This document shows, piece by piece, positions 1 through 9,900 of a DNA stretch of 32,000 nt (within the stretch, counting starts at the first letter, position 1; every line of letters begins with the position of its first letter). Where the stretch lies: NCBI RefSeq assembly GCF_042660085.1, contig NZ_JBHSTI010000002.1, positions 570,001 through 602,000 on the forward strand, in the 5' to 3' direction. The notes beneath the pieces are model-generated. The model saw only the letters and a list, made by a program, of their open reading frames with translations, did no database searches and was not told where the DNA came from. Source of the DNA: Longivirga aurantiaca (GTDB taxonomy: Bacteria; Actinomycetota; Actinomycetes; S36-B12; CAIYMF01). A program made the position numbers and the translations under genes.

Positions 1-245
1 CCGCCATCCTCCTCGTGGGCTACGCGATCTGGCTGTTCTACAAGCGCAAGCTGGTCAGCGGCATCATCGCGGTCGTGATCGGCCTCGGCGTGTACGCCTG
101 GTACGCCACCACGGACGACGTGCCCCCGCAGGTCGCGTTCGTGACGCCGTACGTCGCCACGCTGCTCGTGCTGTCGATGGCCTCGCAACGGCTGCGCATG
201 CCGGCCGCGGACGGGAAGCCGTACCTCAAGGGCGAGGAGCACTAG
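1..245 (+). CDS. C-terminal fragment of a nucleoside/sugar-type ABC transporter permease (5' end outside window)
   Basis: Open frame enters from the window edge. Hydrophobic C-terminal helices (GYAIWLFYKRKLVSGIIAVVIGLGVYAW...YVATLLVLSMASQRLRMPAADGKPYLKGE) resemble nucleoside ABC permease C-termini. It lies directly upstream of cdd/deoA. Confidence 0.7.
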   Translation, partial: AILLVGYAIWLFYKRKLVSGIIAVVIGLGVYAWYATTDDVPPQVAFVTPYVATLLVLSMASQRLRMPAADGKPYLKGEEH

Positions 246-248
246 CCG

Positions 249-662
249 GTGGCCGAGGTCGACTGGGACGGCCTCCGAGCGGCCGCCGTCGAAGTGATGC
301 AGAGGGCGTACGCCCCCTACAGCAGGTTCCGCGTGGGCGTCGCCGGGCTCGTGGACGACGGCAGGGTCGTCGTGGGGTGCAACGTCGAGAACGCGGCGTA
401 CGGCGTCGCCCTGTGCGCGGAGTGCGGCATGGTGTCGCAGCTGCACGCCACCGGCGGAGGTCGGCTCGTGGCGGTCGCGTGCGTCGACGCCAACGGCGAC
501 CCCCTGATGCCGTGCGGCCGGTGCCGTCAGCTCCTGTGGGAGAACGGCGGGCCCGAGTGCCTCGTCGCGACCCCGCTCGGCGTCCTCCCGATGTCCGACG
601 TCCTGCCGCAGGCGTTCGGCGTCTCCGACCTCTCGCACGTGACAGGTGAGTCCTATGGCTGA
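249..662 (+). CDS. cdd: Cytidine deaminase
   Basis: 137 aa, GTG start. Motifs YAPYSRFRVG, NVENAAYG, CAE and PCGRCRQLLWE of zinc-dependent cytidine deaminases. Confidence 0.95.
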   Translation: MAEVDWDGLRAAAVEVMQRAYAPYSRFRVGVAGLVDDGRVVVGCNVENAAYGVALCAECGMVSQLHATGGGRLVAVACVDANGDPLMPCGRCRQLLWENGGPECLVATPLGVLPMSDVLPQAFGVSDLSHVTGESYG

Positions 663-1947
663 GAAGTTCGCCGCGGTCGATGTGATCGTCGCCAAGCGCG
701 ACAAGCGCGAGCTGACCGACGAGCAGATCGACTGGGTCGTCGACGCCTACACGCGCGGCGTGGTGGCCGACGAGCAGATGAGCGCGCTGGCGATGGCGAT
801 CCTGCTCAACGACATGACCCCGCGGGAGATCGCGCGCTGGACCGGAGCGATGATCGCGAGCGGCGAGCGGATGGACTTCAGCACCGTCGGGCGCCCGACC
901 GTCGACAAGCACTCCACCGGCGGCGTCGGCGACAAGATCACGTTGCCGCTCGCGCCCGTCGTCGCGGCCTGCGGTGCCGCGGTGCCCCAGCTCTCCGGCC
1001 GCGGCCTCGGCTACACCGGCGGCACGCTCGACAAGCTCGAGTCGATCCCCGGGTGGCGGGCGTCACTGTCCAACGAGGAGATGCTCGCCGTCCTGCGCGA
1101 CGTCGGCGCGGTCATCTGCGCGGCCGGCGACGGGCTCGCGCCGGCCGACAAGAAGCTGTACGCGCTGCGCGACGTCACCGGCACGGTCGAGGCGATCCCG
1201 CTCATCGCGAGCAGCATCATGAGCAAGAAGATCGCCGAGGGCACCGGCGCGCTCGTGCTCGACGTCAAGGTGGGCTCCGGGGCCTTCATGAAGGACGAGG
1301 CGCGGGCCCGTGCCCTGGCCGAGCGGATGGTGGCCCTCGGCGAGGACGCCGGGGTGCGCACCCGCGCCCTGCTCACCGCCATGGACACCCCGCTCGGGCT
1401 CACCGCCGGCAACGCGCTCGAGGTGCGCGAGTCGGTCGAGGTGCTCGCCGGCGGCGGCCCTGCGGACGTCGTCGAGCTGACGCTCGTCCTCGCGCGGAAC
1501 ATGCTCGAGCTCGCCGGCGTCCACGGGCCGGACCCCGAGGAGGTCCTGCGCGACGGCCGGGCCATGGACGCCTGGCGCCGGATGATCGCGGCCCAGGGCG
1601 GCGACCCCGATGCGCCGCTCCCGGTGGCCCCCGAGCAGCACGTCGTCACCGCCGAGCGTTCGGGAGTGCTCACCCGGCTCGACGCGCTGGCGGTCGGCGT
1701 GGCCGCATGGCGCCTCGGCGCCGGTCGGGCCCGCAAGGAGGACCCGGTCAGCGCGGGTGCCGGCATCGAGATGCACGCGAAGCCCGGCGACGCCGTCACC
1801 GCCCGTCAGCCGCTTCTCACCCTGCACGCCGACGACGCCGGGCGCTTCGCGGCGTCGTTGCGCGACCTCGAGGGCGGCGTGGCGATCGGCGACCCCGGCA
1901 CTCCGATCGACCTCCTGCCGCTCGTCATCGACCAGATCGGATCCTGA
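646..1947 (+). CDS. deoA: Thymidine phosphorylase (ATG at 655 is an alternative start)
   Basis: 433 aa. KRDKRELTDEQIDWVVDAYTRG, STGGVGDKITLPLAP, GRGLGYTGGTLDKLESIPG and LDVKVGSGAFMK motifs. Overlaps the cdd 3' end. Confidence 0.95.
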   Translation: MSPMAEKFAAVDVIVAKRDKRELTDEQIDWVVDAYTRGVVADEQMSALAMAILLNDMTPREIARWTGAMIASGERMDFSTVGRPTVDKHSTGGVGDKITLPLAPVVAACGAAVPQLSGRGLGYTGGTLDKLESIPGWRASLSNEEMLAVLRDVGAVICAAGDGLAPADKKLYALRDVTGTVEAIPLIASSIMSKKIAEGTGALVLDVKVGSGAFMKDEARARALAERMVALGEDAGVRTRALLTAMDTPLGLTAGNALEVRESVEVLAGGGPADVVELTLVLARNMLELAGVHGPDPEEVLRDGRAMDAWRRMIAAQGGDPDAPLPVAPEQHVVTAERSGVLTRLDALAVGVAAWRLGAGRARKEDPVSAGAGIEMHAKPGDAVTARQPLLTLHADDAGRFAASLRDLEGGVAIGDPGTPIDLLPLVIDQIGS

Positions 1948-1948
1948 C

Positions 1949-2302
1949 ATGCCGCGCGTCATCGAGGCGCCCACCCGCATCCCCGTCCCGGGCGGCAAGA
2001 CGATCGACGAGTACGTCGGTCGCGTGACTACCGGCACAACGTCCGTGTCGGTGGCGCACATGGTGGCGCCCGCAGGGTGGGAGGAGCCGGCGCAGACCCC
2101 GGAGTTCGACGAGATCACCGTCGTGCTGCGCGGCACGGTGGTCGTGGAGCACGAGGGCGGGCAGCTCGAGGTGCACGCGGGTCAGGCCGTGATCACCCAC
2201 GCCGGTGAGCGGATCCGCTACTCGACGTCGGGCGAGGGCGCGGAGTACGTCGCCGTCTGCCTTCCCGCGTTCGGCCCGGACCTCGTCAACCGCGAGGACT
2301 GA
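1949..2302 (+). CDS. Small cupin-domain protein
   Basis: 117 aa, single double-stranded beta-helix pattern (EFDEITVVLRGTVVVEHEGGQLEVHAGQAVITHAGERIRYS). It begins immediately after the deoA stop. Confidence 0.8.
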   Translation: MPRVIEAPTRIPVPGGKTIDEYVGRVTTGTTSVSVAHMVAPAGWEEPAQTPEFDEITVVLRGTVVVEHEGGQLEVHAGQAVITHAGERIRYSTSGEGAEYVAVCLPAFGPDLVNRED

Positions 2303-2316
2303 GCCGGAGCCGCGGG

Positions 2317-2751
2317 CTACTGGCCGGCGACGCGGGCCTTGAACGGGTCCGTGCGCGGCGTGTTGCTGACCTCTGCGCGCGGGCAACCGGCGAGCGTCAG
2401 ACCGGCGACCTTGAGCGCGTCGTTGCAGAGCAGCTCGACGGTGAGGCCGAACTCCTGCCCGGCGGGCGTGATCGTGACGCGGTAGATGGTGACCTCATGG
2501 CGCACCGGGGTGTCGTACATGACGGCGACGGTGCCGAGGAGCACCGAGGTGCCCCGCGTGCCGCCCACGCCGTTCCAGGGCGAGTCGTACCGCTGCCAGA
2601 CCGACGCCGAGGCGTTCCACACGCCGCCGAGTGAGACGTCCTGGTCGCGCAGGTGGTTCAGCACCTGGGTGGCGACACGGCTCTCGAGCACGGCGGCGGG
2701 CCGGATGATCTCGACCTGCTCCTGCAGCCGCGATGCGGACGTCTGCTCCAT
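2317..2751 (-). CDS. Hypothetical protein, 144 aa
   Basis: Complete ORF filling the gap convergent to the cupin gene and divergent from add. No family recognised. Confidence 0.6.
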   Translation of the reverse strand: MEQTSASRLQEQVEIIRPAAVLESRVATQVLNHLRDQDVSLGGVWNASASVWQRYDSPWNGVGGTRGTSVLLGTVAVMYDTPVRHEVTIYRVTITPAGQEFGLTVELLCNDALKVAGLTLAGCPRAEVSNTPRTDPFKARVAGQ

Positions 2752-2881
2752 ATGGGTGTCTTCGGCACCTGGGGGCGGAGGTTGAGCGACTTGACCGGGG
2801 TTTCCGCTCCGACACCCCGAGTTCGTGCTCTCGACGCCCGCGCGGACGCCTCCGAGGCGGTCGGGGCGCTAGCGTGCGGGA

Positions 2882-4039
2882 ATGAGCGTCGAGACCGGTC
2901 CTGTCCATCCCGCATCCGCCCCGCGCGACCCTGCTGCGGGATCCCGCGCCGTGCTGCCCGCCGACGTCGTGCGCCGGGCCCCGAAGGCCCTGCTGCACGA
3001 CCACCTCGACGGGGGCCTGCGTCCGCAGACCATCGTGGAGCTCGCGGCCGAGACGGGGTACGGCAAGCTGCCGACGACCGACGCCGAGGAGCTCGGCCGC
3101 TGGTTCGTCGAGGCGGCGGACTCGGGGTCGCTCGTGCGCTACCTCGAGACCTTCGCGCACACCGTCGGCGTGATGCAGACCCCCGAGGCCCTCGCCCGGG
3201 TCGCGTCCGAGTGCGCGCAGGACCTCGCCGCCGACGGCGTGGTGTACGCCGAGGTGCGTTTCGCGCCCGAGCTGCACGTCGAGCGCGGCCTCGCCCTCAC
3301 CGAGGTGGTCGAGGCGGTGCTCGCGGGCTTCCGCGAGGGCGAGGCGGCGGCTGCCGCGGCAGGCAACAGCATCCGCGTCGGCACGCTGCTGACGGCGATG
3401 CGCACCGCCGCCCGGTCCCGCGAGATCGCCGAGCTCGTCGTCGTCTACCGCGACCGGGGCGTCGTCGGCTTCGACATCGCCGGCGCCGAGGCGGGCTTCC
3501 CGCCGTCGCGCCACCAGGACGCCTTCGACTACCTGCGCGGCGAGTCGTGCCACATCACCATCCACGCGGGCGAGGCGTTCGGCCTTCCGTCGATCCACGA
3601 GGCCGTGGCCTTCTGCGGCTGCGACCGGCTCGGGCACGGCGTGCGCATCGTCGACGACATCACGATCGAGCCCGACGGCTCGGCCACGCTCGGCCGCCTC
3701 GCGCGCTACGTCCGCGACCAGCGCATCCCGCTGGAGATGTGCCCGACGTCGAACATCCAGACCGGTGCGGCCCCGTCGTACGCCGAGCACCCGATCGGTC
3801 TGCTCACGCGGCTGCGCTTCCGGGTCACGGTGAACACCGACAACCGCCTGATGTCTGGCACCTCGATGTCGCGGGAGTTCCTCGCGCTGTCCGAGGCGTT
3901 CGGCTGGGGCCTCGACGACATGCGCTGGGTCACGATCAACGCCCTGAAGTCGGCGTTCATCCCCTTCGACGAGCGCCTCGCCCTGATCGAGCAGGTCGTG
4001 AAGCCCCGCTACGCCGCCCTGGCCGCCGAGACCCTCTGA
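2882..4039 (+). CDS. add: Adenosine deaminase
   Basis: 385 aa. [44 protein letters not shown] and [12 protein letters not shown] motifs. Confidence 0.95.
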   Translation: MSVETGPVHPASAPRDPAAGSRAVLPADVVRRAPKALLHDHLDGGLRPQTIVELAAETGYGKLPTTDAEELGRWFVEAADSGSLVRYLETFAHTVGVMQTPEALARVASECAQDLAADGVVYAEVRFAPELHVERGLALTEVVEAVLAGFREGEAAAAAAGNSIRVGTLLTAMRTAARSREIAELVVVYRDRGVVGFDIAGAEAGFPPSRHQDAFDYLRGESCHITIHAGEAFGLPSIHEAVAFCGCDRLGHGVRIVDDITIEPDGSATLGRLARYVRDQRIPLEMCPTSNIQTGAAPSYAEHPIGLLTRLRFRVTVNTDNRLMSGTSMSREFLALSEAFGWGLDDMRWVTINALKSAFIPFDERLALIEQVVKPRYAALAAETL

Positions 4040-4051
4040 CCTCCTGTGTTT

Positions 4052-4115
4052 CGCGAGTTACTGCCCACATGGCTGCTGGACGGCCTCCTTCAGCGACCAT
4101 TCGGGCAGTAACTCG
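4052..4115. repeat. Inverted repeat, copy 1: (CG)CGAGTTACTGCCC[ACATG...]GGGCAGTAACTCG
   Basis: Left arm 4054-4066 and right arm 4103-4115 are perfect 13-bp reverse complements. CGCGAGTTACTGCCCACATG (4052-4071) is a 20-bp direct match to 5153-5172. Confidence 0.95.
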
Positions 4116-4171
4116 GGCATCCCTGTGGATGGGCTCTGCGCTCTTGTGCCGAGGACTCGCACAGTCGGTGC

Positions 4172-5152
4172 ATGCGCCAGAGCCAGCTCTCGATCGAGCA
4201 GGTCGATGCGCTTGTCCGGTCGGCCGGACCCGGACCGTGGACGCGCGGAGTGCTACAACGCCAGGGCTGGACCCATTCCGCCATTCGAGCTGCAGTGCGG
4301 GCAGGGCGGATCCATCGGCTCCAGCACGGGGTGTACGCCGTGGATCAGGCAGACCTGTCGACCACGATCCGGGCCGCGCTGGCGAAGGCCGGCGCAGGCG
4401 CTGCGGTCAGCCATGAGACCGCGGCCATCGTGCGCACCCTGTGGCTGCCTCGCCGGCCGTCGTCCCTCATCCATCTCACGCGCGGCGGCGCCATCGAACG
4501 CACGCACCAGGGTGTCCGTCTGCACGGGTCGCGGCTGCCGGAGGAGTTCGTCGAGGACCTCGACGGCATGCCGGTCACGACGGTGGCGCGGACGGCGGTG
4601 GACGTGGCCCGAGGTCTGACCCTGCCCGACGCGATGACCGTGATCGACTCTGCTGCTCGGCTGCTGATCCAGCAGGCGTCCGGGGAGGATCTACGGGTTC
4701 TCAGATCCGTGTCGCGTCGCGCCGAGCTCCTGCCCCTGGCGCTGGCGCCCTTGAACGAGGCGTTCGCCTCGGTCTGGACCTGGCCGGGCACCGTGGTCGT
4801 GCGAGGCGCGATCGAGCTGGTCGATCCGGCATCGGAGTCGCCGCACGAGAGCCGCAGCAGGGGCTGGATGTACGAGGCGAAGCTGCCGATGCCGCGCACG
4901 GCGTACGAGGTCCAGGGAGCATCGGGAGCCTGGTACGCGTCGGAGTTCGGCTGGGAGAAGGAACGAGTGCTCGGGGAGGTCGACGGCATCGAGAAGTACG
5001 GCCGAACCGGAGATGAGGTGACTGCCGCCGTGAGAGCCGAGCGCCTTCGTCAGGCCGACCTGCAGGACGCCGGCTGGGCCCTCGCGCGCTGGACGCCGTC
5101 CGAGCGCCGCGCCGTCGTCATCCGGCGCATCGCCCGCACCCTCGGGCTCTGA
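4172..5152 (+). CDS. AbiEi-family (type IV TA antitoxin-like) protein with a possible C-terminal DUF559/Vsr-like domain
   Basis: 326 aa. N-terminus (W..GVLQRQGWTHSAIRAAVRAGRIHRLQHGVYAV) is typical of the AbiEi winged-helix domain. C-terminus (YASEFGWEKERVLGEVDGIEKYG...RAERLRQADLQDAGWALARWTP) resembles DUF559-type PD-(D/E)XK cores. Confidence 0.75.
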   Translation: MRQSQLSIEQVDALVRSAGPGPWTRGVLQRQGWTHSAIRAAVRAGRIHRLQHGVYAVDQADLSTTIRAALAKAGAGAAVSHETAAIVRTLWLPRRPSSLIHLTRGGAIERTHQGVRLHGSRLPEEFVEDLDGMPVTTVARTAVDVARGLTLPDAMTVIDSAARLLIQQASGEDLRVLRSVSRRAELLPLALAPLNEAFASVWTWPGTVVVRGAIELVDPASESPHESRSRGWMYEAKLPMPRTAYEVQGASGAWYASEFGWEKERVLGEVDGIEKYGRTGDEVTAAVRAERLRQADLQDAGWALARWTPSERRAVVIRRIARTLGL

Positions 5153-5216
5153 CGCGAGTTACTGCCCACATGAACGCTGAGACATGCCCTTCAACGAACA
5201 TGTGGGCAGTAACTCG
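5153..5216. repeat. Inverted repeat, copy 2: CGAGTTACTGCCCACATG - 26 nt - CATGTGGGCAGTAACTCG
   Basis: Perfect 18-bp arms at 5155-5172 and 5199-5216, located exactly between the stop codons of the AbiEi-like gene and lysE-like gene. Could double as a bidirectional terminator. Confidence 0.95.
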
Positions 5217-5221
5217 GAGAA

Positions 5222-5836
5222 CTAGCCGGCGAGCAGGGCGGGGGCGAACTGGACGACGAGGACGACGCCGGTGAGCAGCAGCAGGGCGCCGGCCGCCTGG
5301 TGGGCGATACGCAGGCCACGCTCGTCGAGGTGGCGGCGTCCACCGGCCACGACTGCGGCGAGCACCACCTTGCTGCCGATGAGCAGCAGGTAGAACGCGG
5401 CCAGGAAGCCCGCTGCCGCGGCCGGCGACGACGACCAGGCCGACACCAGCAGCGGCCCGCCGACCGCGAGCCAGAAGACCCACGGGTGCGGCGACAGCAG
5501 GTTCATCAGCGCACCGCGCAGGAGCGGGTCGCGCCCGGCACGCGGCGGTGCCTCGACCGCGGTGACCACCTGCTCGCGCAGCGCCTCGATGCCGAGCCAC
5601 ACGACGTACAGGCCGCCGGCGACACCGAGGGCGCCGGTCGCACGGTCGGGCAGAGCACCGACCACGAGGACGCTGATCGTGATGACGACGACGTCGGTCA
5701 CCAGCGGGCTGAAGGCGACGCGGACGCCGGACCGGAATCCGGCAGCGAGGGTCGTCGTGATGACGAGCGCCATGAGCGGGCCCGGCGCGAGACCGGCGCC
5801 GAGTCCGAGGGCGAGGCCGGCGAGCACGAACTGCAC
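5222..5836 (-). CDS. LysE-family translocator (amino acid exporter)
   Basis: 204 aa, multiple TM helices, N-terminal LGLGAGLAPGPLMALV and LLSPHPWVFWLAVGGP motifs of LysE/RhtB family proteins. Confidence 0.85.
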   Translation of the reverse strand: MQFVLAGLALGLGAGLAPGPLMALVITTTLAAGFRSGVRVAFSPLVTDVVVITISVLVVGALPDRATGALGVAGGLYVVWLGIEALREQVVTAVEAPPRAGRDPLLRGALMNLLSPHPWVFWLAVGGPLLVSAWSSSPAAAAGFLAAFYLLLIGSKVVLAAVVAGGRRHLDERGLRIAHQAAGALLLLTGVVLVVQFAPALLAG

Positions 5837-5845
5837 GCGCCGACC

Positions 5846-6304
5846 CTAGGGGGTGTAGCGCTGGGCCTCGGTCACCAGCATCGCGTTGCGCACCTCGATG
5901 AGGTGGCGCAGGCGACGTCGGAGCACGGCCGACTCCGCGACGTCGCCGAGCGGTCCGAGCGGGGCGTCGAACGCGACGTGGTCGGTCATGCGCGTGCCTC
6001 CCTCGACCGGCTCGAAGAGGTGCTCGTGGCGGAACGACGCGAAGGGGCCGCGCACCTGCTCGTCGACGAACCGCCGTGGGCGCTCGAGCTCGGCGATGCG
6101 GCTGGTCATCGTGAACCGGAGGCCGAAGTGCCGGGCCTTCCACGTGACGACGTCGCCGAGCCCGAGCGGGGACGTCGGCATCCCCACGACGCGCTCGCGC
6201 CAGGCGGCCATCGAGCGCAGGTGGAGGTCGACGTCCAGGGACAGGTCGAACAGGGTCTCCGGAGCGCAGCGGACGAGGTTCGCGAGGGTGAACCGGACGG
6301 TCAT
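5846..6304 (-). CDS. SRPBCC / polyketide cyclase-like protein
   Basis: 152 aa from the ATG at 6304. MTVRFTLANLVRCAPETLFDLSLDVDLH...FEPVEGGTRMTDHVAFDAPLGPLG pattern of START-like fold proteins. ATGA overlap with the upstream gene. Confidence 0.8.
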   Translation of the reverse strand: MTVRFTLANLVRCAPETLFDLSLDVDLHLRSMAAWRERVVGMPTSPLGLGDVVTWKARHFGLRFTMTSRIAELERPRRFVDEQVRGPFASFRHEHLFEPVEGGTRMTDHVAFDAPLGPLGDVAESAVLRRRLRHLIEVRNAMLVTEAQRYTP

Positions 6305-6927
6305 GATGTGCCGCGTCGCGACGAGGTCTCGCTGGCCTTGAGCCCGTGCAGGAGGGCGGTGAGCTCCCCGGCGCTGACGCGGCGGCAGCCGTGCGAGCAG
6401 GCGTCGGCGATGATCCCGGGCTCTGCCGCCATGAGGAGCCGGCCGCGCTGCCACAGCGTGAGCGGCGGCTTGCGGCGCTCCTTCAGATCGCGCGCGAACC
6501 GGCGGACGAAGTTCTTCCAGGGTGTGCGGTGCAGCACGACCGCGTCCGCGAGCAGGTCGCGCCCGCGCAGCCGCTCGATGATCACCGCGGCGAACACTCC
6601 CTCGGCCACCACCGCCGGGGCCCCGCGCAGCTCGACCACCGCGGTGCCGGTGGCGCGGTTCTGGGGGATGTCGTACGTCGGCACCTCGACCCGGCCGGTG
6701 CGGCACAGCGCCTCGAGCGCGGCCACGGCGTCGTCGGCCTTCCAGGACCGCGGGTCGTCCCAGTCGACGATGCCGAGCTCCTCGGAGCGCGGCATCGCCG
6801 GGTCGTCGCCGTCCCGGTAGAAGTCGTCGAGCCGGAAGACGGGGAGCCCGCTGCGCGCGGCGATGTGGCTCTTGCCCGAGCCCGACGGCCCGCACAGCAG
6901 CACCACGCAGGCCGGCGTCCCTTCCAT
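6301..6927 (-). CDS. P-loop kinase, uridine kinase-like
   Basis: 208 aa. Walker A LLCGPSGSGKSHIAA, DDFYRDGDDP, and DWDDPRSW typical of uridine kinase-like NTPases. Confidence 0.8.
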   Translation of the reverse strand: MEGTPACVVLLCGPSGSGKSHIAARSGLPVFRLDDFYRDGDDPAMPRSEELGIVDWDDPRSWKADDAVAALEALCRTGRVEVPTYDIPQNRATGTAVVELRGAPAVVAEGVFAAVIIERLRGRDLLADAVVLHRTPWKNFVRRFARDLKERRKPPLTLWQRGRLLMAAEPGIIADACSHGCRRVSAGELTALLHGLKASETSSRRGTS

Positions 6928-6965
6928 GCCACGGAACCCTATCCGCCGCGCAGCCCCGGCCCGAG

Positions 6966-9900
6966 ATGGTTGACGACGTGACCAGTGTCTCCGGTGACGT
7001 GGGCCGGACGACCTGCGACGTGCGGGTGGCCGGGCGCAGACTGCGAGGCATGGGAGAGCCTCCGGTACGTGGATCCGACACCGTCGACCTGACCGCGCCG
7101 CCCGGGCCGCGTGTGCGCTGCCTCGACGGCAACGAGGCTGCGGCGATCGTCGCCCACCGCCTCTCCGACGTCTGCGCCATCTACCCGATCACCCCCGCCT
7201 CGACCATGGGCGAGCTCGCCGATGCGTGGAGCGCCGGCGGGCGCACCAACCTCTGGGGCGCGGTGCCCGAGGTGGTCGAGATGCAGTCCGAGGGCGGCGC
7301 CGCGGCCGCCCTGCACGGCGCCGTGCAGAAGGGGGCGCTCGCGACGTCGTTCACCGCGAGCCAGGGCCTCCTGCTCATGATCCCGACGATGTTCAAGGTT
7401 GCCGGCGAGCTGACGCCCACCGTGCTGCACGTGGCTGCCCGCGCGGTGGCGACGCACGCGCTGTCGATCTTCGGCGACCACTCCGACGTCATGGCAGTCC
7501 GGTCCACGGGCTGGGCGATGCTCAGCGCGTCCGACGTCCAGGAGGCCCACGACTTCGCGCTGGTCGCGCACGCCGCCACCCTGCGCTCCCGCGTGCCGTT
7601 CCTGCACTTCTTCGACGGCTTCCGCACGTCGCACGAGGTCGCGACGATCCGCATGCTCCACGACGACGACCTCCGCGCCCTCATCCGCGAGCAGGACGTC
7701 CTCGCGCACCGCGCGTACGGGCTCACCCCCGAGGCGCCGGTCATGCGCGGCTCCGCGCAGAACCCCGACGTCTTCTTCCAGTCGCGCGAGGCGTCCAACA
7801 CGCACTACGACGCCGTGCCCGGTGTCGTGGCCGAGGTCATGGCCGAGCTCGGCGAGCGCGTGGGCCGCCGCTACAACCTCGTCGACTACCACGGCCACCC
7901 GGAGGCCGAGCGCGTCGTCGTCGCGATGGGGTCGGTCACCGGCACCCTGCGCGAGGCCGTCGACGACCTCGTCCGGCACGGCGAGAAGGTCGGCGTCGCC
8001 GTAGTACGCCTCTACCGACCGTTCCCGTCCGACGCGCTCCGGGCCGCGCTGCCCGCCTCCGTCACGCGGATTGCAGTGCTCGACCGCACCAAGGAGCCGG
8101 GTGCGCCGGCAGAGCCGCTGCACCTCGACGTGATGGCCTCGTTCTCCGAGGAGGCCGGCACCATCATCTGCGGCGGCCGGTACGGCCTGGGCTCCAAGGA
8201 GTTCACGCCCGCCGACGCCCTCGCGGTGTACGCCGAGCTCGCGAAGCCCACGCCGCGGCACCGGTTCACGGTCGGCATCGTCGACGACGTCACCCACCTC
8301 TCGCTCGACGTCGACCCGTCGTTCCGGCTTCCCACGCGGGCGGTGCAGGCGATGTTCTTCGGCCTCGGCAGCGATGGCACCGTCGGCGCGAACAAGAACA
8401 GCATCAAGCTCATCGGCGAGCACACCGACATGCACGCGCAGGGCTACTTCGTGTACGACTCGAAGAAGTCCGGCTCGATGACGGTGTCGCACCTGCGCTT
8501 CGGCCCCGACCCGATCCGCTCGGCGTACCTCATCGACGATGCCGACTTCGTGGCGTGCCACCAGTTCGGCCTGCTCGCCCGGGTCGACGTGCTCGCGCAC
8601 GCCCGAGCCGGGGCCACGGTCCTGCTCAACAGCCCCTACGACGCAGCCTCCCTCTGGGGGCACCTGCCCGCCGACGCACGCGCCCACATCGTCCACAAGC
8701 ACCTCGCCGTGCACGTGGTCGACGCCACGACCATCGCGCGCGACGCCGGCCTCGGCCCGCGCATCAACACGGTCATGCAGCCGTGCTTCTTCGCGCTCGC
8801 CGACGTGCTGCCGGTCGAGGAAGCCATCGAGCTCGTGAAGGCCGGCGTCGTCAAGGCGTACGGCCACCGCGGGCCGGAGGTGGTCGAGCGCAACATGATC
8901 GCGATCGACGCCGCGCTCGCGGGTCTCCAGCGGGTCGAGGTGCCGGCAGACGCGCTCGACGACATGGCGGCCGTGCCGGACAGCGACCTCTCGGTGGTGC
9001 AGACCCTCATCGCCGGCCTCGGCGACTCCCTGCCGGTGAGCGCGATGAGCGTGGACGGCACCTACGAGACGGGCACCTCGGTGCTCGAGAAGCGGCAGCT
9101 CGCCGAGGAGATCCCGATCTGGGACCCGTCCCTCTGCATCGACTGCGGCAAGTGCACGATCGTGTGCCCGCACGCCGCGATCCGGATGAAGGCCTACTCG
9201 CCGGACGCCCTCGACGGCGCGCCGGAGGGCTTCCTGTCCAAGCCGTACAGCGGCAAGGAGCTCGGCGAGGGCCGGCTGCTCACGATCCAGGTCGCTCCGG
9301 ACGACTGCACCGGCTGCGGCATCTGCGTGGCCGTGTGCCCCGTGCGCGACAAGCAGAACCCCGACCACAAGGCCATCGACATGGCGCCCGCGGACGAGCA
9401 CCGCGACGTCGAGCGCCCGCGCTACGAGCACTTCCTCGAGATCCCGGACGTCGACCGCACCCTCGTGCGCCGCGAGACCGTGAAGGGGTCGCAGCTGCTG
9501 CGCCCGCTGTTCGAGTTCTCCGGCGCCTGCGCAGGATGCGGCGAGACGCCGTACCTCAAGCTGGTCACCCAGCTCCTCGGCGACCGCATGGTCGTCGCCA
9601 ACGCCACCGGCTGCTCGTCGATCTACGGCGGCAACCTCCCGACGACGCCGTGGACCAAGGACCGCGACGGACGCGGACCCGCCTGGGTCAACTCGCTGTT
9701 CGAGGACAACGCCGAGTTCGGCCTCGGCATCCGGCTCGGCGTCGAGCGCCAGACCAGCGAGGCGCACCGTCTGCTGCGGGCGCTCGCCGAGGACCTGCCG
9801 TCCGACGTCGTCGCCCCGCTCGTCGAGGAGGAGCCGAGCGTCGAGGACGAGGCCGGCATCATCGCCCGGCGCCAGCAGGTCGAGCGGCTCCGCGACTCGC

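Noticed and set aside
4054-5216. Interpretation of the repeat-bracketed AbiEi gene as an IS element or integron cassette
   Set aside because: No transposase or integrase motif is present, and no obvious target-site duplication is visible outside the arms. Kept only as a cassette hypothesis.
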